DNA from: an uncultured Acidobacteriota bacterium
Lineage (GTDB): Bacteria; Acidobacteriota; Thermoanaerobaculia; Multivoradales; UBA5704
Assembly: GCA_963756455.1 (NCBI GenBank)
Contig: CAVWNC010000004.1
Location: forward strand, 958,397-1,022,396
Direction: 5' to 3'
DNA length: 64,000 nucleotides
The first letter of the stretch is position 1. The number at the start of each line of letters is the position of its first letter. Both the position numbers and the translations under genes were made by a program. The notes below the pieces were generated by a model. The model saw only the letters and a list, made by a program, of their open reading frames with translations. It searched no databases and was not told the origin of the DNA. This document shows, in pieces, positions 40,186 through 50,500 of the stretch.

Positions 40186-41670
40186 CTAGAAGGAAACGCC
40201 CTTGAGGGGGGAGGTCGGCCGATACTGGAGGTAGAGTGCCAGAAGAGCCGAGAGCGACAACTGGTCGAGCTGGTTCCTCCGAGCTTCGACGTCGAGCTTC
40301 TGGTTCAGCATGAATTCGGACAGGATGATGCCCTGCGTGAGAGCCGGCCGCGGATCGAGGATCGCCTCGGCGCCAAATTCCATCGAGATCAGTGCGAGGC
40401 GCCGCAGCTCCTGCTCGAGCGGGCCTCCACGCAGTGGACCGTTGCGACGGACGAGCCGTTCGAGCCCTCCTTCCGGTGAGCTGTAGCCCGCGAGCTCGCG
40501 GGCCTCCTTCCCGGACTCGCCTCCGACGATCTCCGCGGCGTCCTGGTCGAAGTCGAAGACGTCGTCCCAGATCGTTCGCCGCTCATTGTGGATGAACTGA
40601 TCCGTGCCGAGCACGCGATAGAGCTGTCGGGGCGGCACGATGAGCCGGCCCTCGGAGTGGGCGCGGTAGAGCACATACCACTGGAGCCGGTGGGTATGAG
40701 GGCCATGATCGAAGGGAGTGCCGACGTCGAAAATCTGATACATCCCGCGGAGGATCTCCCGGAACCCGTCGCGGCTGAGAAGATCTCGCACCTCCTGGCG
40801 AGGATGGAAGCCTTCCACCTCCTCCGCCTCGCTCAGGGCTCGGTCCAGGCTGATCTTCTGCTCTACCATGTGGGTTTGAAGCTCGCGCAGCTTCGTCTCG
40901 ACATAGCGGCGGTCCATCAGGATCGCCTTGGCATCGGCGATCTGATCGATCAGCACCCTGGGAACCCGGGGATAGCGCCGCTCAAGCCGCGAGGAGATGC
41001 CGCTCGCCCGAGAATCACGCTCCCGCCCGATCGCGCCGCCCTTGCCTCGCACCTGGGACGGCGCCGGCAGCCGCGTTCCCCATCGGCGTTCGTAGTCCTT
41101 CTCCGCCCGACTCCGCTCCGCCTCCGCCTCCTCGACCGCTTCCCAGTCGACCTGCCAGAGATAGGAGATCGAGTGAGATTTGGGAGGCTCGTAAGGCCGC
41201 CGCGGAGGCTCGCCGCCGCCACCGCTCGCCGCCAGGCCTCCGAACCCCTGCCAGGGATGGATCGGGTTGGCGACCAGAACGGCTCGCTGGGCGACCGTTC
41301 CGGACGGCCGCACCGCTTGAGGAGGGATACGCGCTGTATGGGGTGCAGGAGTGACCCGCGGGGCGAAAGAAGGCTGCGCGGCTGGGGGTGGCCGGAGTGC
41401 TCTTCTTCCGCTTGGCGCCGCCGACGCGGCCGATGCGGGATGGACGGGAGGTCCGGCATGCAGGCTCTTCCCGGGAGCCGGCGGAGCGGGAGCCGGGCGG
41501 GTGAGAGCGGCGGCCACGTGAGGCGCCAGGGGCCGCCCTCCCGCGACCCCCATCCGCTGCGGCTGGGCAGGCGCCGGCGCGGGGTTCCGGGCTGGAACGG
41601 CGCGATGAACCGCGAGCGCCGCCGCGACGTGCGGCGCGGTTCCCGGAAGAGATCTGCCCCTGGGGATCAT
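40186..41670 (-). CDS. Hypothetical protein. Pro/Ala-rich N-terminal third, then a conserved-looking C-terminal domain of unknown function. The true start is uncertain.
   Basis: The C-terminal two thirds read like a globular protein (e.g. ...YVETKLRELQTHMVEQKISLDRALSEAEEVEGFHPRQEVRDLLSRDGFREILRGMYQIFDVGTPFDHGPHTHRLQWYVLYRAHSEGRLIVPPRQLYRVLGTDQFIHNERRTIWDDVFDFD...). The N-terminal 170 aa are low-complexity. It is divergent from the ABC1 kinase gene. Confidence 0.4.
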   Translation of the reverse strand: MIPRGRSLPGTAPHVAAALAVHRAVPARNPAPAPAQPQRMGVAGGRPLAPHVAAALTRPAPAPPAPGKSLHAGPPVHPASAASAAPSGRRALRPPPAAQPSFAPRVTPAPHTARIPPQAVRPSGTVAQRAVLVANPIHPWQGFGGLAASGGGGEPPRRPYEPPKSHSISYLWQVDWEAVEEAEAERSRAEKDYERRWGTRLPAPSQVRGKGGAIGRERDSRASGISSRLERRYPRVPRVLIDQIADAKAILMDRRYVETKLRELQTHMVEQKISLDRALSEAEEVEGFHPRQEVRDLLSRDGFREILRGMYQIFDVGTPFDHGPHTHRLQWYVLYRAHSEGRLIVPPRQLYRVLGTDQFIHNERRTIWDDVFDFDQDAAEIVGGESGKEARELAGYSSPEGGLERLVRRNGPLRGGPLEQELRRLALISMEFGAEAILDPRPALTQGIILSEFMLNQKLDVEARRNQLDQLSLSALLALYLQYRPTSPLKGVSF

Positions 41671-41757
41671 GGGCCTAAAAATACCATGTGTCGTTGGGCT
41701 GCTCCGCTCGGCGGCAGGACCGGCACGGCATCCAGGCCTCGGCTATACTCCGCGGCG

Positions 41758-43410
41758 ATGCGGCGAGCCCTGCTCGATCTCTACCGGGCGTGCCTCCTGG
41801 GCCTCTACGGCGCCCGTTGGGGAGCGATCTACCTCGCGCACCTGCCGCGATGGCCGCGATGGCCGCGACATTCGCCGCACCGGCTCACCGCCAGCTACTG
41901 TCTCCGCCGCCTCATTGAGGACATGGGGGTGACCTTCGTCAAGCTGGGGCAGTTCCTCGCCATCCGCTACGACCTGCTCCCGGCCGCGGTCTGCCGCGAG
42001 CTGTCGAACCTCCTCAACGAGGTGCCGCCCTTGGGCTTCGAGGCGGTGCGCGCGGTCGTCGAGGCGGAGCTCGGCCGGCCGCTCGGCGAGCTCTTTGCGA
42101 GCTTCGAGCCGACGCCCCTGGGTTCGGCCTCGATCGCCCAGGTCCACCGGGCGCGAGCCCACGACGGCCATCTCCTCGCGATCAAGGTCCAGCGGCCTGG
42201 GGCGGAGACCGTCCTCCGTTCCGACATCAGGAACCTCCTCCGCTTGTCCTGGCTCGCCGACCGTTTCCACCTCCTGGGCAGCCTCTCGATGACCGAGAGC
42301 GTCCGCGAGGTGGCGGACTTCACCCTCCGCGAGATCGACTTCCTCAACGAGGGGAGGACCGCCGAGCGGGTGCGCCGGGAGGCCCCACCGTTCGTGCACG
42401 TGCCGGAGATCCGCTGGGACCTGACCACCCGCCGGGTTCTCGCCATGGAGCTCGTCGAGGGCAAAAGCCTCCTCGCGGTCTGCGAGCGCGCCGAGGCCGG
42501 CGATCCCGACGCCTTCTCGCACCTGCTCCCGGGCGTCGATCCGCAGCGGGTGATGGCGGACCTCGCCCGGGCCTGCCTCGACCAGCTCTTCACGACCGGC
42601 GTCTTCCACGGCGACCCGCATCCCGCCAACATCATCGTCGGCGGAGACGGCCGCATCGCCTTCGTAGATTTCGGCATCTTCGGCGAGCTGCCGAAGCGCC
42701 ATGCGGAGCGCCTCGCGGCCCTCCTCGGCAGCCTCGCCGCGGGACGCCTGGAGGCGGCTTACCGGTGCTACATGGCGCTCGCCACGCCCACCGAGGAGAC
42801 CGACCTCCCCCGCTTCCGGCGCGAGATGCTGGCGCTCCTCGGCGCCTGGTACGGCGCCGTCCGAACGGCTTCGTCAGGCTCGGCGGGCGCCGCGGAGCGG
42901 CTCGCTGCGCACTATCAGATGGAGGTCTTCCAGCTCATGCGCCGGCACCGGCTGCGGACGGAGCCTGACCAACTCCTCTTCTGGCGCACTCTCACCATTC
43001 TCGATGCCACCGCCTACCGCTTGCCCGTCGAGTTCGACCTCCTGGCCGCCATGAACGAGTTCTTCCGGGCGCGGCAGCAGCAGCCCGCGGAGCGCGCCGC
43101 CCGCCGCCTCGCCGACCCCGAGAGGGTTCTGGGGCTCGCGGATCTCCTCGTCCATGCCGCCCATGCCGCCGATGCCATTCATGCCGGCGGACGCGGGGAG
43201 CGTCCCCTCCGGGTCGTACGACGTCCCCGCCTTCCCAGCGCTGGCGCTCTCGCGGTCAAGCCGATCGTCCTCGTCCTGCTCGCGATCTCCACGGCCCTCC
43301 TCGCCCTGGGCCCCGCGGGCGGCGCGCTCGGACGATTCCTGGCGGCTGCGGTCGCGGCCTCCTGCGCCGGGGCCGCGGTCTTCTGGAGCGGGGAGAGGCG
43401 GCGACTGTGA
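41758..43410 (+). CDS. ABC1/UbiB-family atypical protein kinase
   Basis: FVKLGQFLAIRYDLLP, LGSASIAQVHRA, LAIKVQRPG, HGDPHPANI and FVDFGIFG are all ABC1/ADCK signatures. The track ORF (from 40588) is real only from ATG 41758. The upstream part is antisense to the minus-strand gene. Confidence 0.8.
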   Translation: MRRALLDLYRACLLGLYGARWGAIYLAHLPRWPRWPRHSPHRLTASYCLRRLIEDMGVTFVKLGQFLAIRYDLLPAAVCRELSNLLNEVPPLGFEAVRAVVEAELGRPLGELFASFEPTPLGSASIAQVHRARAHDGHLLAIKVQRPGAETVLRSDIRNLLRLSWLADRFHLLGSLSMTESVREVADFTLREIDFLNEGRTAERVRREAPPFVHVPEIRWDLTTRRVLAMELVEGKSLLAVCERAEAGDPDAFSHLLPGVDPQRVMADLARACLDQLFTTGVFHGDPHPANIIVGGDGRIAFVDFGIFGELPKRHAERLAALLGSLAAGRLEAAYRCYMALATPTEETDLPRFRREMLALLGAWYGAVRTASSGSAGAAERLAAHYQMEVFQLMRRHRLRTEPDQLLFWRTLTILDATAYRLPVEFDLLAAMNEFFRARQQQPAERAARRLADPERVLGLADLLVHAAHAADAIHAGGRGERPLRVVRRPRLPSAGALAVKPIVLVLLAISTALLALGPAGGALGRFLAAAVAASCAGAAVFWSGERRRL

Positions 43411-45023
43411 GCCCACCGCCATCCCCACCGACGGCCGCCGAGACTGCCCGGACCGGCGGCACCGGAGCCAGGCCGGCCTTCCCGGCGCTCTTCCGGCGGT
43501 CGCTCGAACGGCTCGGCCCCATCTTCGTCAAGATCGGCCAGTTCCTCGCCCTCCGGCCGGACCTCGTCCCGCGCGAGCTCTGCCTGGAGCTCCTGGACCT
43601 CGTCGACCGGGTTCCGCCCTCGGCGGACGAGTCTCCCGCGGAGGTCTTCGCGCAGGACTTCGGCCGGAGCCTCGAAGCGGCCTTCTCGGCGTTCGATCTA
43701 CGGCCGGTGGCGGCGGCATCCCTCGCCCAGGTCTACCAGGCGGAGACCTGGGACGGCCAGCAGGTGGCGGTCAAGATCCTCCGTCACGGCATCCACGAAC
43801 GGGTGCGGAGGGACCTCGCCCGCGCCCGCCGGCTCGCCCCGCTGGTCGATCTCGTCCGTCTCGTCCCGGGGGTATCGCTCCGCGAGGCGCAGCGGGAGAT
43901 CTCGCGCTGGATGCTCGTCCAGCTCGATCTCTTAACGGAGCTCAGAAACCTCCAGCGGATGGGAGCGCTCCTCGCGAGCGACCCCCACGTGCGGGTGCCG
44001 CGGGCCCTCCCCCAGCTTTCGAGCGGCCGCATCCTCACCATGGAGTTCCTCCCGGGCGTCCTCCTGAGCGATCTCCTGCGCCTGGTCAGGAGCGGCTCGC
44101 CCGGCGCGCCCGACGCAATCGCCGCTCTGGGCTTCGACCGCGACGTCCTGGCCGAGAACCTCCTCGGAACCTGCCTCGACCAGGTCTTTCGGCACGAAGT
44201 GTTCCTCGCCGACCTCCACCCGGGCAACCTCATCGCCCTGCCGGGCAACGTCATCGGCCTTGTCGACCTCAGCCTCGTCGAGACGCTCGAGATCGAGCTG
44301 CGGCCGGGCGTCCGCCGCTTCGCCGCCGCCGCCTATGGGGACGACCCGGAGGGCATGGTCCGCGAGCTCCTGGAGCTCCTCGTCCCAGGGGAGGGCGCGG
44401 ACCCGGAGGCGCTGCGGAACGATTTCCTCGCCGAGCACCACCGCTTTACCCGACTCCGCGATCTCGCGGGAGAGCCGGTGGAGGACGAGTCTCCCCTCGC
44501 CCACTCGATGATCAGCGTGCTGCGCGCCGCCCGGCGTCACGGTATGACGATCCCGCCGGGCCTCCTGACGCTCTACTCCTCGCTCCTCACCGCGGAGACC
44601 GTGGCGCGGCAGTTGGGCTCGCGGGCGAGCCTCGCCTCGGTGGGCAAGGAGTTCTTCAGGCGCCTGCGGATCGAGCGTCTTCGAGCGCAGCTCCAGCCGG
44701 AACGGATCGAAGCCGCCCTCCTCCCCGTCCTCGAAGCCCTGGACGAGCCGCCCGAGCGCTTCCTCCACCTCCTCCAGAGCCTCGCCGAAGGCAGCTTCGT
44801 CCTCAACGTCGAGAGCACCGACTCGCCGGCCAACCGCCGCGGCGCCAACCAGCGGACCCGGCTCCTCACCCTGGCGATCCTCTGGGTCGGCCTCGCCATC
44901 CTGCTGGCCTCCGGGCGCGACACCCTGGTGGCCGGACGGATCCCCCTTTCCTCTCTTCTCTGGGTCGCCTCCGGAGCCACTTTCCTATGGCTGATCGTCC
45001 TCTGGCGCAAGCTCCCCCGCTAA
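43407..45023 (+). CDS. Second ABC1/UbiB-family kinase with C-terminal TM helices
   Basis: FVKIGQFLALRPDLVP, AAASLAQVYQA, VAVKILRHG, DLHPGNLI, LVDLSL. C-terminal hydrophobic segments LLTLAILWVGLAILLA and LLWVASGATFLWLIVLW. The GTG start overlaps the upstream TGA (GTGA at 43407-43410). Confidence 0.8.
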   Translation: MSPPPSPPTAAETARTGGTGARPAFPALFRRSLERLGPIFVKIGQFLALRPDLVPRELCLELLDLVDRVPPSADESPAEVFAQDFGRSLEAAFSAFDLRPVAAASLAQVYQAETWDGQQVAVKILRHGIHERVRRDLARARRLAPLVDLVRLVPGVSLREAQREISRWMLVQLDLLTELRNLQRMGALLASDPHVRVPRALPQLSSGRILTMEFLPGVLLSDLLRLVRSGSPGAPDAIAALGFDRDVLAENLLGTCLDQVFRHEVFLADLHPGNLIALPGNVIGLVDLSLVETLEIELRPGVRRFAAAAYGDDPEGMVRELLELLVPGEGADPEALRNDFLAEHHRFTRLRDLAGEPVEDESPLAHSMISVLRAARRHGMTIPPGLLTLYSSLLTAETVARQLGSRASLASVGKEFFRRLRIERLRAQLQPERIEAALLPVLEALDEPPERFLHLLQSLAEGSFVLNVESTDSPANRRGANQRTRLLTLAILWVGLAILLASGRDTLVAGRIPLSSLLWVASGATFLWLIVLWRKLPR

Positions 45024-45045
45024 TACCTAGCGCCGCAGAAGGTGG

Positions 45046-46306
45046 AGTGAGGCTTTCCCCCGAGGACGCCATGTTCTGGCGTTTCCACGGTCCGGTCACG
45101 CCGCAGACGATCGCCCTCGTGACCTTCCTCGACGGCGTTCCGGACCTCGATCGCCTGAGAGAGCTCTTCGCGCGGACGATCGTCGCCTATCCGCGCATGC
45201 GGAGCGTCGTTCGGCCGGGCGTCCGGCCAGGAGAGCCGCCGACCCTCGTGCCGCTCCCGAAGATCGACCTCCGCCAGCACGTCGAGGCCCTCACCCTGCC
45301 TGAGACGGCCGGCCGCGCCGACCTTGAAGCGGAGCTCGCCCGCCGCTTCTCGACGCCGCTCCCCATGGACCGGCCGCTCTGGCACCTCCTCCTCGTCGCG
45401 CTCCCGGTGTCGGGAGCCCCGGCGGCGATCCTTTGGCGGATTCACCACCTGGTGGCCGACGGCGTCACGGCCCTCGCCTTCGCGCACGAGATCCTCGGCG
45501 GCGCCGACGAGCGCCGCGGCTCGCCGCCGCCGCCCGCGCTGCCGGCCTCCCGGCCGCGGCCGCGGCTCCTCGCCCTCCTGCGCAGCCTGCGCGCCTGGGG
45601 CCGGCTCGACCGCGGGCCCAGCCCGCTCAACGGGGAGAGCTCGCCGGAACGCCGGTTGACCCCCGTCGACTTGGACCGCGCGACGCTCCGCCGGCTGATG
45701 CGCCGCTTCGACGCCAGCTCACTTGAAGTCCTGCTCAACGTCCTCACCTCCGCCCTGCGGCGCTACCACGAGCATCATGGCGCGCCGGTCGACCGCGACC
45801 TCACCGTCGTGATCCCGTACGCCGATCAACCGCCGTCGCGCGCCCGCTCCCAGGGGAACTTCTTCGGCTCGCGGTTCGTCCGCCTGCCCTTGGGAGAGCC
45901 CGACCCGGGCCGCCGCTTCGACGCTCTCCGGCGCGCCGTCCGGGAGGCGGGAGAGAACGGGGTGGACGAGCTGCTGCGTTTCGTCAGCGGCAAGTTCCAC
46001 CGCCTGCCCCGTGGCTTCCAGCGCGACCACCTGTGGGACTTCGCCCTGCGCTGCAACGCCGCCTGCACCGTGCTGCCCAGCCGGCTGGGCAAGGCGCGGC
46101 TCGACGGGCACGCGATCAGCGCCCACTATGCCGGCGCCGCCCTCCCCTTCTCGCACGGCGCCGCCTTCACCTTCCTCGCAACCGAGAACGCCCTCCGCGG
46201 GATGATCGTCTCCGATCCGGCGATCGTGCCGGACCCCGAAAATCTGCGCGACTTCCTTCTCGCGGGAGTGGAGGAGCTCGCTACTCGGCAGGCTCGCGGG
46301 GCGTGA
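45046..46306 (+). CDS. WS/DGAT-family acyltransferase (wax ester synthase / diacylglycerol acyltransferase-like)
   Basis: MRLSPEDAMFWRFHG (N-terminal LSPxD..F motif) and the catalytic HHLVADGVTA (HHxxxDG). It is the real 3' portion of track ORF 43154..46306. The GTG start at 45046 follows a GGTGGA RBS. Confidence 0.65.
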
Positions 46307-47585
46307 TTCCCTGCCGGTCGGCCTCGCCGGCGATCCGGCGGATGTATTCGGCCTGCCAGCGGAGCCCCCCGTCGCTGGCGACCGCCGGGGTCTGCCGGAA
46401 GGCTTGCGCTTCGTAGGCGGGGACGGCGGGGATCTCCAGGTCGGCGAGCGGCCGGCGCTCCCGCCGCCGGGCGAGCGCCGCCTCGACGCTCGGCCGCAGC
46501 ACCTGGGCCTTGAGCCGCTCCCGCTCGGCCTCCTGGGCCTGGAGCTCCGGCATCACCGTGCGGGCGAAGAGGCCGAGAGACTCACAGAGATGGTCGTGCC
46601 GGGTCTTTCCTACCGGCTGCAGGAGGACCACCTGGTCGACCCCGGCTTCGGCGAAGCCGAGCAGATAGTCGCGCAGCTGCCGCGGTGTGCCGATGCCGAG
46701 CTGGCGTCCGGGGAGGGCCGGCCGCACCTTCTGGAACTCTTCCCAGAGGTCGCTCCGGCCCGGCACGTGGGTGCCGTGGCCGTAGTAGTACGAGAGGGCG
46801 AACTGGAAGAACTGGAAGCCCTCGATGGCGCGCTCGCGCGCGACGCCCTCGTCCTCGTGGCAGAAAAAGGGGGTCACCATCGCTACGTTGGGGTTGACCG
46901 CGTAGCCGATCGGCGAGCACTCGCGGCGGAAGATCGTGTAGTACTCCTCGGTCCAGCGCTTCGCCTCGTCGGGGTCGATGAAGGCGAAGGACAGCGCTCC
47001 CAGGCCCAGCCGGGCGGCGAGCCGGATGGATTCGCGCCGCGTGCATGCCATCCAGAGGGGCGGGTGCGGCTTCTGGAGCGGCTTGGGGACGACGTTGCGG
47101 CAGGGCATCGAGACGTGCCGGCCGGCCGCGCCGCCGTAGGGCTCCATCACCATCATGTCGGTGATCTGCTCCAGCGCCTCGCGCCACATCTCGTGGCGCT
47201 CCTGCCGGTCGATGCCGAAGGCTTCGAGCTCGACCCGCGAGGCGGATTCGCCGGTCCCGAATTCGACCCTGCCGTTCGACACCAGGTCGAGCGTCGCGAT
47301 GCGCTCGGCGGCCCGGGCCGGGTGGTTGTAGCGGGGCGGCATCAGCATGACCCCGTGGCCGAGGCGGATCGTCCGGGTGCGCTGGGAGGCGGCGGCCAGG
47401 AACACCTCCGGCGCCGACGAGTGCGAGTACTCCTCGAGGAAGTGGTGCTCGGCGAGCCAGACGTGGTCGATGCCGAGGCGGTCGGCGAGCTCGATCAGGT
47501 CGAGCGCCTCGGTGAACAGGCGATGCTCGCCGCCTGCGCTCCACGGCCTTGGCAGTTGGTGCTCGCAGAAGAGCCCGAGCTTCAT
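46281..47585 (-). CDS. Luciferase-like (LLM-class) flavin-dependent oxidoreductase
   Basis: MKLGLFCEHQLPRPW...IDHVWLAEHHFLEEYSHSSAPEVFLAAASQRTRTIRLGHGV... is typical of LLM monooxygenases. Start ATG 47583-47585 overlaps the PKS-B TGA 47582-47584 (ATGA). Confidence 0.8.
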   Translation of the reverse strand: MKLGLFCEHQLPRPWSAGGEHRLFTEALDLIELADRLGIDHVWLAEHHFLEEYSHSSAPEVFLAAASQRTRTIRLGHGVMLMPPRYNHPARAAERIATLDLVSNGRVEFGTGESASRVELEAFGIDRQERHEMWREALEQITDMMVMEPYGGAAGRHVSMPCRNVVPKPLQKPHPPLWMACTRRESIRLAARLGLGALSFAFIDPDEAKRWTEEYYTIFRRECSPIGYAVNPNVAMVTPFFCHEDEGVARERAIEGFQFFQFALSYYYGHGTHVPGRSDLWEEFQKVRPALPGRQLGIGTPRQLRDYLLGFAEAGVDQVVLLQPVGKTRHDHLCESLGLFARTVMPELQAQEAERERLKAQVLRPSVEAALARRRERRPLADLEIPAVPAYEAQAFRQTPAVASDGGLRWQAEYIRRIAGEADRQGITPREPAE

Positions 47586-50500
47586 TCGACGCTCCCGACG
47601 CTCCCCGAAGCCAGGCCGGCCCGGGGACCGAGGTGGAAGGAGAGCGAGCTCTCGCCGCGATCGATCCGCACGGTCGTCTCTTCAACCAGCGTCGGCCGTA
47701 AGACGGTGGGCGCGGACCCGAGGCCGCCCAAAACGCGGATCTCGACCCGGCTCTCCCCCACCGCAGGACCGCGGTGCGCAGGGATGGTGTAGCGGCCGAT
47801 GTGGATGGGCCCCGAGGCGAGCGGCATCCTCGTCGGATCGCGCGTCAGGTCACGCGTCGGATCGATGGGGAGGAAGGTGATCGTCCCGAAGTCCACGGGC
47901 TTGCCGTCGACGGTGACCTCGCCTTCGACCGCGGCGCGCTCGACGTCGGCGAGGAAGCCCGAGGCACGCAGCCAGTCGTGGAGCCGCTCCTTCCAGGCGG
48001 CGAGCACCGGATCGCCGGCGGCGAGGCCGGCGCCGTGGGCGCCCCAGGGGAAGACATGGAGCTCGGCCGGCACCCGGGCGCGGCGCAGGGCGCCGAAGAA
48101 AGCGAGGCTGTGCTCGACCGCCACCGCCCCGTCCTCGCCGGTGTGGAAGAGGAAGGTCGGCGGCGTGCGCTCGTCGACATGGCGGTCGGCCGACAGGGCG
48201 TCGAGAAGCGCCGGATCCGGATCGTCGCCTAGGAGGCTCCGCCGGGTGACCACGCTGAGCCACTCCATGAGGCTGATCACCGGGTAGGCGAGGACGAGGA
48301 AGTCGGGCCGGCAGCCGTACCGCTCGACGGGGTCCCCGGCGGCCGCATCCCCGTCGTCGTGGCGGGTGGCGAGCGTCGCCGCGAGGTGCCCGCCGGCCGA
48401 AAAGCCCATCACTCCCACTCGGCGGGGCGAGACTCCGAGGTCGGCCGCCCGGCTGCGGACGTAGCGCACGGCGCGCCGCACATCCTCGAAGGGTGCTGGG
48501 TGGCGATAGCGCGGCGCCAGCCGATAGCCGAGGACCACGGCCGTCACCCCGAGCGTCTGGAGCCACTCGGCGACCTGGTGCCCTTCGGTGTCCATGGCGT
48601 GGGCCGAGTATCCCCCACCGGGGCAGACGACGATCGCGGTGCCCGTCGCAAGCTCCGACGCCGGAGTGTAGATGCGGAGGGTCGGCCGGTCCTCCGGCTC
48701 CGAGCCGAGGCTCCCCGGGGCACCCTCGGGCCAGAGGAGGAGGGGGACCGGGCCAATGCCGCCCTGCGTCCCGTCCACCGGCACTCGCGGCAATGGCGGC
48801 TCCGAAGCCTCCAGCTGGCGCTGCCAGAAAGCGCCGCCGGGGCCGGCCGCAACGGCGGCCGGGGTGGCAACCGGAGCGGCAGCCTGGGCGGAGGGCGGCG
48901 AGCCGAGACGGCCGGCGACGTAGGCGGCGAGCGATGCGACGCTCCGGTGGTCGAGGAAAGCCGTCGAGGCGAGCGAGAGCCCCAGAGCCGCCTCCAGCCG
49001 GCGGGTGAGCTCCGTCGCCACCATCGAGTCCATCCCGAGCTCCAGGAAGTCCTGCCGCGGCGCGGGCGGCTCGGGGAGGGCGAGGGCGGCCTGGACCTCA
49101 CGCTCGATCCGGGAGCGGATGAAGGCGAGGCGCTCCTCGGGCGTCGACCCGACCGCGGCCGGGCTCGCCTCCGGAGGCTCCTGCCGCCCGCTCCCGGTCC
49201 CTATCCAATGCCGGCGCCGTTCGAAGGGGTAGGTCGGAAGCTCGACCCGGCGCCGCCGCCAGGGCCGATCCCAGGCTGCGAAGTCGGGGGCGAACCCTTC
49301 CACGAAGAGCCGGGCGACGGCCTGGGCGATCTGCCGATCCGCATCGCCCTCAACATCGCCCTCGTTCAAGCCGGCGATCCGAACCATCCCTTCAGGGAGC
49401 GCGCCGTCCCCGGCGGCGGTCTCGGGACCGACGGTCAGGAGGACGCCACAGCCCGCCTCGATCAGGTCGTCTCCGGAGAGCGCCAGTCGCGCCGGCCCGG
49501 AGGCCCGCTCGCTCCAGGCGGCAAGCTCCGCGACCGACGGCCCCTGGGGGAACTGGGCGACGAGCCGGAATGCTTCCTCGGTGGCGAGCGCCCCCGCCGC
49601 CACCGCCGCCGCGTACTCCCCCACGCCGTCTCCCAGGACGACGTCGGGCTCGAACCCCCAGCTCCGCCAGAGGTCGGCCAGGGCCAGCTCCAGGGCGAGG
49701 AGGGCAGGCCCCGCCGCGAGCGGCGGGCCGCCCGCGAGTTGCTCACAACGCTCCATCTGCTCCTGGAAGACCGGCTGCGATCGGCGGAGCCCCCGGCCGG
49801 CGGCCGCGGGCGAGCCCGCCGCCTCTTGAAGCCCGGGAAAGAGCCAGGCACACCGCGGCCGCGCCGCCCGGCTGCTGCCGAGGGAGAGGCCGGGAACGAT
49901 CTCGCCCCGCGCGAGGCCATGGAGGAGCGCCCCGGCCTCGGCCGCCGACGCCGCGACCACGGCGGCCCGGTGCTCCAGGTGGCTGCGCCCGGTCCCGGCG
50001 GTGAAGGAGACGTCCGGGAGCGAGGCTTCCGGGTGCTCCAGAGGCTCCAGAAGCCGGCGCGCGTAGCGCTCGGCCAGCTCCACCAGGGCCGGCCGGCTCT
50101 TGGCGGAGAGGACCAGGAGGTGGTGGGTCCGCTCCGCGGCCGGTTCCGCCGCTTCTTCCGGCGGGGGCGGGGCGGTCACGACGACGTGGGCGTTGGTGCC
50201 GCTGAAGCCGAAGGCGCTCACCGCCGCGATCCTCTCCTTCCGGGGCCACGGCGCGGCCTCGGCGAGCACCGAGAGGGGGAGGCGCTCCCAGTCGACGTGC
50301 GGGCTCGGGGTCTCGAAGTGCAGGTGCTTCGGGAGCCGCCCCCGCGAGAGGGCGAGCACGACCTTGATCAGCCCGGCGACCCCGGCGGCGGCTTCAAGGT
50401 GGCCGATGTTGGTCTTGACCGACCCCACGAGAAGCGGCCGGCCGGCCTCCCGTCCCTCACCGAAGACCGCCCCGGCCGCCCGTAGCTCGATGGGATCGCC

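Noticed and set aside
40588-41757. 5' 390 codons of track ORF 40588..43410
   Set aside because: Antisense to the minus-strand gene 40186..41670. The kinase homology starts only at 41758.
41835-41870. Tandem ccgcgatgg repeat (x2.5)
   Set aside because: It lies inside the ABC1 kinase coding region and encodes PRWPRWPRH. It is simple codon-level slippage, not a regulatory or CRISPR repeat.
43154-45045. 5' 630 codons of track ORF 43154..46306 (Pro/Arg-rich)
   Set aside because: Alternative frame over the second ABC1 kinase. Only the last 420 codons (WS/DGAT) look like a real protein.
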